This document shows positions 31,017-36,313 of a stretch of 39,082 bases of DNA, piece by piece. The notes under the pieces were generated by a model, which saw nothing but the letters and a program-made list of their open reading frames with translations, was not told the origin of the DNA and did no database searches. Origin of the DNA: Candidatus Beckwithbacteria bacterium (GTDB lineage Bacteria > Patescibacteriota > Microgenomatia > UBA1400 > CG1-02-47-37); NCBI GenBank assembly GCA_043826085.1, contig JBDRQW010000110.1, positions 1 through 39,082 of the forward strand. The letters are read 5' to 3'. The translations under genes were made by a program, and so were the position numbers. Each line of letters opens with the position of its first letter. Within the stretch, counting starts at the first letter, position 1.

Positions 31017-31316
31017 ATGATTCCTACTTTAATAAAAACACATCAAAAATCTCTTGAAGAGATTGCTAAAGCCAATGATATTTCCTATTTGGCTTTATTT
31101 GGCTCTCATGCTCGCGGTGAACAAGTAAAAGATAGTGATGTGGATTTTTTGGTTGATTTTGAAAAACCAATTGATTTTTTTGAGCTTTATGATATTGAAC
31201 AAAATTTTTCAAACCTTTTAGGTAGAAAAATCGATCTTGTTACTATTAAAGGTCTTAGTAAACATATCAAGCCTTATATTCAAAATGACCTCAAGGTTAT
31301 TTATGAAACAACCTAA
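31017..31316 (+). CDS. mntA: MntA-type minimal nucleotidyltransferase antitoxin
   Basis: LFGSHARGEQVKDSDVDFLVDF is a GSxxRGx...DxD NTase motif. Confidence 0.8.
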   Translation: MIPTLIKTHQKSLEEIAKANDISYLALFGSHARGEQVKDSDVDFLVDFEKPIDFFELYDIEQNFSNLLGRKIDLVTIKGLSKHIKPYIQNDLKVIYETT

Positions 31317-31638
31317 TCCATATTTAAGTCATATCATCGAATCTTTTGATAAAATCGATATACTTCTTCATGGTTTTACTAAAGAAAAATTTGTTAAAGA
31401 TGAGCGTACTCAATTAGCAATTATTAAACTTTTAGAAATAATTGGCGAGGCCTGCGTTCATCTTAAAATTGATTTTTATAAAAGCCATCCAGAAATTCCT
31501 TGGGCTAAAATTATTTCTATGCGTAATCGATTAACTCATGAATATTGGGAAATTGATCTAGACATTGTGTGGAAAACTGTCAAAGAACGGGTTCCTGAAT
31601 TAAGAAAACAACTAGAATCGCTAGTTAAGTTAAATTAG
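31303..31638 (+). CDS. hepT: HepT-type HEPN (DUF86) toxin
   Basis: RNRLTHEYWEIDLDIVW carries the Rx4HxY motif. I chose the ATG at 31303, which overlaps mntA by 14 nt. Confidence 0.8.
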   Translation: MKQPNPYLSHIIESFDKIDILLHGFTKEKFVKDERTQLAIIKLLEIIGEACVHLKIDFYKSHPEIPWAKIISMRNRLTHEYWEIDLDIVWKTVKERVPELRKQLESLVKLN

Positions 31639-31645
31639 AAATAAT

Positions 31646-31667
31646 ATTACCACTCCGGAGTGGTAAT
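31646..31667. repeat. Family F palindrome ATTACCACTCCGGAGTGGTAAT
   Basis: Perfect copy, 7 nt after the hepT stop codon. Confidence 0.9.
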
Positions 31668-31687
31668 ATAGTGTATATAGGATTTCG

Positions 31688-31696
31688 TGCTATAAT
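31688..31696 (+). promoter_or_regulatory. Extended -10 TGcTATAAT, 8 nt before the HEPN gene ATG
   Basis: The hexamer is at 31691-31696 and the ATG at 31704. Confidence 0.55.
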
Positions 31697-31703
31697 TGGT
31701 TAC

Positions 31704-32099
31704 ATGAATATCAAAAAACTTCAAAATTATTGGTTTGATGGTTATAAAGATGCTTTATTGACAGCGGAAAAACTTTACGAGGCTAAAAGATATCATCATT
31801 GTTTGTTTTTTGGCCATTTAGCTTTGGAGAAATTACTTAAAGCGGTAGTAGTTAATAAAATAAAGACTCATGCTACGCCCACTCATGATTTAGTCAAATT
31901 AGTAAAAGCTACCAATATTGAAATTTCAGCGGAGATTTTAGATGATTTAGCTGAAATAAATAAATTTAATATTAATGCTAGATATGATAGTTATAAATTA
32001 GCTTTTTATAAAACCGCTACAAAAGAATATACGATTATTTGGAGATTAAAAATTAAAAAAATTTCTATATGGCTCAAGTCAAAATTAAACCAGAAATAA
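31704..32099 (+). CDS. HEPN-domain protein (PF05168-like)
   Basis: AEKLYEAKRYHHCLFFGHLALEKLLKA...PTHDLVKL is a HEPN pattern. I chose the ATG at 31704; the track start is a GTG inside the promoter box. Confidence 0.7.
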   Translation: MNIKKLQNYWFDGYKDALLTAEKLYEAKRYHHCLFFGHLALEKLLKAVVVNKIKTHATPTHDLVKLVKATNIEISAEILDDLAEINKFNINARYDSYKLAFYKTATKEYTIIWRLKIKKISIWLKSKLNQK

Positions 32100-32392
32100 G
32101 AAAAATAGTTCTTAATTATAAAAAAGCTTTGGAATTGGCGGGTTTGAAACAAAGTCAAGTGATTTTGTTTGGTTCTTATGCAAAAGGCACTGATAAGCCA
32201 TTTAGTGATATTGATATTTGTGTGGTTTCGTCTCAATTTGGGCAAGATGAAATGGGTGAATCGGTAAAATTGAAAACAATTTCAGTGCCGGTGGACATTA
32301 GGATTGAGCCTCATCCATATTCGGTGAAAGATTTTAAGGTTGAAGAAGATCCGTTTGCTTATGAAATTAATAAAACAGGGGTAGTGATTTAA
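32069..32392 (+). CDS. Minimal nucleotidyltransferase partner of the HEPN protein
   Basis: ILFGSYAKGTDKPFSDIDICVVS motif. It overlaps the HEPN gene by 31 nt. Confidence 0.75.
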   Translation: MAQVKIKPEIRKIVLNYKKALELAGLKQSQVILFGSYAKGTDKPFSDIDICVVSSQFGQDEMGESVKLKTISVPVDIRIEPHPYSVKDFKVEEDPFAYEINKTGVVI

Positions 32393-32403
32393 TTAGAAAA
32401 CAC

Positions 32404-32473
32404 ATTACCACTCCGGAGTGGTAATATAGGGGATGTATATAGATTACACATGTTGTTTTTATATAAATATGGT
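32404..32473. repeat. 70-bp module: family F palindrome (32404-32425), ATGTATA/TACACAT hairpin and an A/T-rich box
   Basis: 68 of 70 positions are identical to 32914-32983. Confidence 0.85.
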
Positions 32474-32515
32474 TTTGAAGATAGTGGATTATTGTAGTAT
32501 AATTTATTGTATATT

Positions 32516-32803
32516 ATGAAAAGATCTAGTAATCATCATCATATTTTAAGTTACCGAGTCATTATTGAACCTGAAAAAGTAAAACAAAAGACTATATATA
32601 ATGTTTATTGTCCGACTTTAGGGTTAGTTGATTATGGAAACAGTTTACAGGGGGCGTTAAGGCGAATGAAAAAATTAATGAAATTTCATTTAGAATGTTT
32701 GATTGATGAGAGTAAAACAGTACCCGCTCTTGATAAAGATGAGTCTTTTGTTGGAATGACATCGGTGAATATATCTGGTAGGTCAAGTTTTGCTTTTGGT
32801 TAA
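32516..32803 (+). CDS. hicB: HicB-like antitoxin (N-terminal UPF0150-type domain)
   Basis: YRVIIEPEK...YNVYCPTLGLVDYGNSLQGALRRMKKLMKFHLE fits the HicB N-terminal domain pattern. A TATAAT lies at 32498-32503. Confidence 0.5.
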   Translation: MKRSSNHHHILSYRVIIEPEKVKQKTIYNVYCPTLGLVDYGNSLQGALRRMKKLMKFHLECLIDESKTVPALDKDESFVGMTSVNISGRSSFAFG

Positions 32804-32939
32804 TGAATATGGCAAAATTGCCGACTGTTAAAGGCAGGGAACAATGCGGGCAATATTAAGACAGATTGATATTTCGGTTGAAGATTTTGTAAAATTTTTA
32901 AGAAAGAGGAAATATTACCACTCCGGAGTGGTAATATAG
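32803..32939 (+). pseudogene. hicA: Decayed hicA (internal deletion plus frameshift)
   Basis: A TAATG overlap with hicB gives MNMAKLPTVKGREQCGQY* (HicA N-terminus, LP.V.G.E). In another frame, 32844-32939 reads RAILRQIDISVEDFVKFLRK (HicA C-terminus). The central GSH/His-containing part is missing. Confidence 0.5.
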
Positions 32940-32983
32940 TGGATGTGTATAGATTACACATGTTGTTTTTATATAAATATGGT
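32914..32983. repeat. Second copy of the 70-bp module (family F palindrome at 32914-32935)
   Basis: See 32404-32473. The module runs into TGgTACTAT (32980-32988), 9 nt before the ATG at 32997. Confidence 0.85.
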
Positions 32984-32996
32984 ACTATAGGATAGT

Positions 32997-35828
32997 ATGG
33001 CTGAAAAAACAAAAGGTTTAATATATCATAAGCCCGAACCGATGGGCATTATGGAATTAGCAGATAGATTTGTTGATAAAACCGATCCAAGAACAGGTCA
33101 AGATACTTCTTTCTTAGGAATCTTTAGAACTATTTTATCTGATTATACCTGGGCTTTTAGAACCATGGCAGATCAAGGTATTACCAAGATAATATCGAGG
33201 AAAGTGGATATTGAAACTTTAGAGCCAAGAGAAGATAGGGGTGGTTATAGAACTTGGGAAGAATGGCGAACAGAAGATTTGAAAGGGTATAGCCTTTCAA
33301 TGAAAGGTGAAAGGAGAAAAAGATTTGTTCCAATAATTGAAGGCAAACCAAACTGGAGAGCAGTCAGGAATCTAGCCCCGTTTGTTATGGCTGGAGTTTT
33401 ATTGGCAACAGGTTGTATTTCTGCGGGAGAAACTATTGCAAACCCTAATAACGACGGAAGTGATCCAGATGCAAATGGAAATATGTGTGGAGTTTTGCTT
33501 AATCAAATGAGCGAAGCCGGAGGAGGATCATTTGGTGATAGTGTTGATATGATGGTAGTGGACGCTAATCTAATGAATGAAATAACTAAAGACGACGTAA
33601 TTACTCCCGAGGAAATTCAAGAGATTCAAGGTCAACTGGGTTGTTTTGCAAGTGTTAGGGTAGACAATATTATAATTCCAGATAAACAAAATGGAATAGA
33701 GTCAATTATTAAGATAAGGTACGATGGGCATGATCTTTTGGGTTTAGTGTCTGATGAGATAAATGATGGGGTTAACTCTTTTTCAAAAGTAGAAGTTGTT
33801 TATGCGGGTGGTATTTCAATGGACCAAGGTAATTTAGCTACAGAATTAAGAAGGGTTCATATTGATGGCAATACCGGAGATGTTATAATTGTTGATGGCA
33901 AGGATATAAATTTGCAAGCGGAATGGAATAATGATCAAATTAAGTTAGTGTTTACAGATACTGATGGGAAACAGATTATTTTAGGTCATGATCAGGCGGT
34001 TGATATTTTTGGTGCTGAGATAGTTGCCGGTTTAGGGTTAACTGCGTCGCCAACGCCAGAAGTTACGGCAGTGGTTGATAATGGCATACAAGGAAAACCA
34101 TATCCGGTGAGCACGGAAGGGTTTGGTTTGGCAAGTGGTGGGAATGAAATACAAATAAGAGATGCTATTTATGAATTGAGTGGTGGGGATGCTCAGCATA
34201 TAGAATTATTAATTAAGTGGCGTTTGTGGAGGCAGTATAATGATGCACATTTTGATAATCCTTTAGAAGCGACGCAGGAAGCAGTTGATAAATTTTTTGA
34301 TGATAACTATAAATTTGAGAGAGAAATTCTGGCGGGGGAAAGCTGGACGGTAGTAGCTCAAGATAAAAAAACCGGAGAGTTTTGGTCAGCGGCAAATGAA
34401 GGGTCTTTTTATCATTCGTTTATTCCGCTTTATGCTGAGACTATAGATGATTTTATTTTGAGTAAAGTTGAAATTCCGAATTGGGCGGATGAGATGAAAA
34501 TAATTGCGGTTACTGAAGGTAAGTCCCTTGGACACTTTGTAGCCGGTTTTTATAAAGATGGTGAATTTGTTGGCTGGTTTGACATAGAAAATAATATACC
34601 TATTCAAGAACAAATTATGGCGGAATTGCCGGCGGGGGTGGTGAATTTGTTAGCAGAATTAGGAACTGCTTTTGAGGGTGAGGATTATGAGATGAGGGGG
34701 AGTGAGGTTTATTATACGGCTGAGGGGGCAGATAAATTGATTTTTAATGTGGAGAATAAAGATGGGGTGGAGATGGCGGTTTTTGCGGGAGAGGGTAATG
34801 TTGAGTATCCGTTGAGCTGGGTTGGTTTTCAAGAAATGGAGGGTACGACTGTTTTGAACCCGGAAGTTTTAACTGATGCGGGGGCGATATTGCAAAAAGT
34901 GGAAATGAGCGTTAATTCAGAAAATAGATTGGTGGTAATAAGACCAAGTGAGGATGTTGATCAATTTTGGAATGAGTTTGAGAGTCAAATGAGTGTTGGT
35001 AATCAATGGGAAAAAGAAACCTTAAGAAGACTGCAAGGCGAGAACGGGGTTATGGATGTAGGGGTGATGCAAACAGAGATGAATAAGTGGCTGAGTAATG
35101 GCTGGGTTGAAGCCATGGTGGTAGATGGGGAATTAATGGAAGTGCCAACTCCGAGATTAGGAATGCCTGAAAATCAAGATGATTTATTGGAAATAGATAC
35201 AAGAATTTTGGCTGTTTTTATGGAAAAGCTGTTGGTGTTTGAAAAAACAGAAATGTTGACTAATCCAATTAAATTTAACGATGAGTTAATTAGTAATATT
35301 CGTACAGCTGATGATATAGTTAATTCTCAATTTAGAACAAGAGATTTTGTGACTAATAATTCTAGTTTAATCGGGGGAGTCTTTAAAGTTTCCGATGGTC
35401 GATTTTCAGATGACATATTGGTATTTGGACTGTCAAGTAAACTTCAAAGTGCTACTCCGGAATTTACTTGGACAACTTTACATTTTGGGATAGATATGGA
35501 AGCAATGGCTGAATACTTATCAAAGAATAATCTTCCCTTAAGCAGGTATGGATGGGTTGCTCTTCAAAGACTGGAAAGTGGAGATTTTCGGAGAGTATTT
35601 GTTAGAACTATTTTTGATAATAAAGAAGGCATTGATAACAATGGTTCTGAAGAATTGATGTGGTTATTGAGTAAATTGAATACATCAAAAGAGGGGGATG
35701 ATGATTGGAGTCAAGTATTTGAAACTATGAGAGGTGATAAGGTGCCTGTGACGAAGGAATTTATAGATTTTTTAGAAAGAAATATTATTCCGGCTGTTTT
35801 TACCACTGTTTATGAAAACAATGAATAG
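32997..35828 (+). CDS. Large (943 aa) acidic membrane-anchored protein of unknown function
   Basis: A long ORF with coding-like composition and a single hydrophobic segment, APFVMAGVLLATGCISAG, about 125 aa from the N-terminus. I recognise no domain. Confidence 0.6.
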   Translation: MAEKTKGLIYHKPEPMGIMELADRFVDKTDPRTGQDTSFLGIFRTILSDYTWAFRTMADQGITKIISRKVDIETLEPREDRGGYRTWEEWRTEDLKGYSLSMKGERRKRFVPIIEGKPNWRAVRNLAPFVMAGVLLATGCISAGETIANPNNDGSDPDANGNMCGVLLNQMSEAGGGSFGDSVDMMVVDANLMNEITKDDVITPEEIQEIQGQLGCFASVRVDNIIIPDKQNGIESIIKIRYDGHDLLGLVSDEINDGVNSFSKVEVVYAGGISMDQGNLATELRRVHIDGNTGDVIIVDGKDINLQAEWNNDQIKLVFTDTDGKQIILGHDQAVDIFGAEIVAGLGLTASPTPEVTAVVDNGIQGKPYPVSTEGFGLASGGNEIQIRDAIYELSGGDAQHIELLIKWRLWRQYNDAHFDNPLEATQEAVDKFFDDNYKFEREILAGESWTVVAQDKKTGEFWSAANEGSFYHSFIPLYAETIDDFILSKVEIPNWADEMKIIAVTEGKSLGHFVAGFYKDGEFVGWFDIENNIPIQEQIMAELPAGVVNLLAELGTAFEGEDYEMRGSEVYYTAEGADKLIFNVENKDGVEMAVFAGEGNVEYPLSWVGFQEMEGTTVLNPEVLTDAGAILQKVEMSVNSENRLVVIRPSEDVDQFWNEFESQMSVGNQWEKETLRRLQGENGVMDVGVMQTEMNKWLSNGWVEAMVVDGELMEVPTPRLGMPENQDDLLEIDTRILAVFMEKLLVFEKTEMLTNPIKFNDELISNIRTADDIVNSQFRTRDFVTNNSSLIGGVFKVSDGRFSDDILVFGLSSKLQSATPEFTWTTLHFGIDMEAMAEYLSKNNLPLSRYGWVALQRLESGDFRRVFVRTIFDNKEGIDNNGSEELMWLLSKLNTSKEGDDDWSQVFETMRGDKVPVTKEFIDFLERNIIPAVFTTVYENNE

Positions 35829-35869
35829 ATAACTTGACTGCATAGACTGGATTTGTGATAAACTGAGTT

Positions 35870-36313
35870 ATGGGTAAGTTTAAGCGTTGGATGTTTATTA
35901 GTTGGGGGGTTGTTGTAGTGGTAGGGTTTATGGCCTTAACTTGGACTTGGTATAGATATAAATATTTAAATAACGGTGATAAAAAGGCAACAAAAGAAGT
36001 TCAAACTCAAACAGAGATACGAGTTGAGCAGAGAAAAAAAATTGGTGATGTTGAGGCTGAGGTTTTAAGATGGAATGATCCTTGGAGCCAATTGGATTAT
36101 AGAGTTTTAGAAACAGGGGAGGAAAAGAGCCTTGAGGTTGATATTTTCAAAATAGCGGTGATTGTTAGTTTGGCAAATGGAAAAGAGACGCCTGTGGTGA
36201 GGCGGTCGTTGTTTGATAAGGCTTTTTGTGTGGGGGACAAGATATTGATTCAAGTTGATAATAATAAGATAATTAGAATTAGAAATGTGGGGCCAAGAAA
36301 ATGCGGTTTATAA
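35870..36313 (+). CDS. Small membrane-anchored protein of unknown function
   Basis: N-terminal TM helix WMFISWGVVVVVGFMALTW. Upstream signals are TTGACT-17-(TGt)GATAAA at 35834-35862, 8 nt before the ATG. Confidence 0.5.
   Translation: MGKFKRWMFISWGVVVVVGFMALTWTWYRYKYLNNGDKKATKEVQTQTEIRVEQRKKIGDVEAEVLRWNDPWSQLDYRVLETGEEKSLEVDIFKIAVIVSLANGKETPVVRRSLFDKAFCVGDKILIQVDNNKIIRIRNVGPRKCGL

Noticed and set aside
30838-32935. I considered whether the six copies of the 22-bp palindrome could be a CRISPR array.
   Set aside because: The spacing is irregular (3 nt to about 700 nt), and the intervals contain complete protein-coding TA genes with their own promoters. The repeats are perfect palindromes of REP type. 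There is no leader and there are no cas genes.
29503-32996. I considered whether the TA cassette array is a classical integron with attC sites.
   Set aside because: No intI-type integrase or attI is visible in the window. The 22-mers are short perfect palindromes without the R/L box structure, GTTRRRY core or extrahelical bases of attC. I keep only the looser idea of a cassette-like organisation (see findings).
5931-34613. Other short antisense or embedded track ORFs: 5931-6287, 8333-8595, 9783-10004, 11878-12084, 12932-13138, 13922-14167, 14428-14634, 15102-15299, 21122-21391, 21476-21769, 25983-26177, 26117-26631, 27398-27643, 28489-28674, 32006-32245, 32592-32786, 32800-33012 and 34213-34613.
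   Set aside because: Each overlaps a confidently identified gene (mreC, mrdA, dprA, topA, nrdJ, pyrD, rpsB, frr, rseP, the TA genes or the 943-aa ORF) and shows no recognisable motif.
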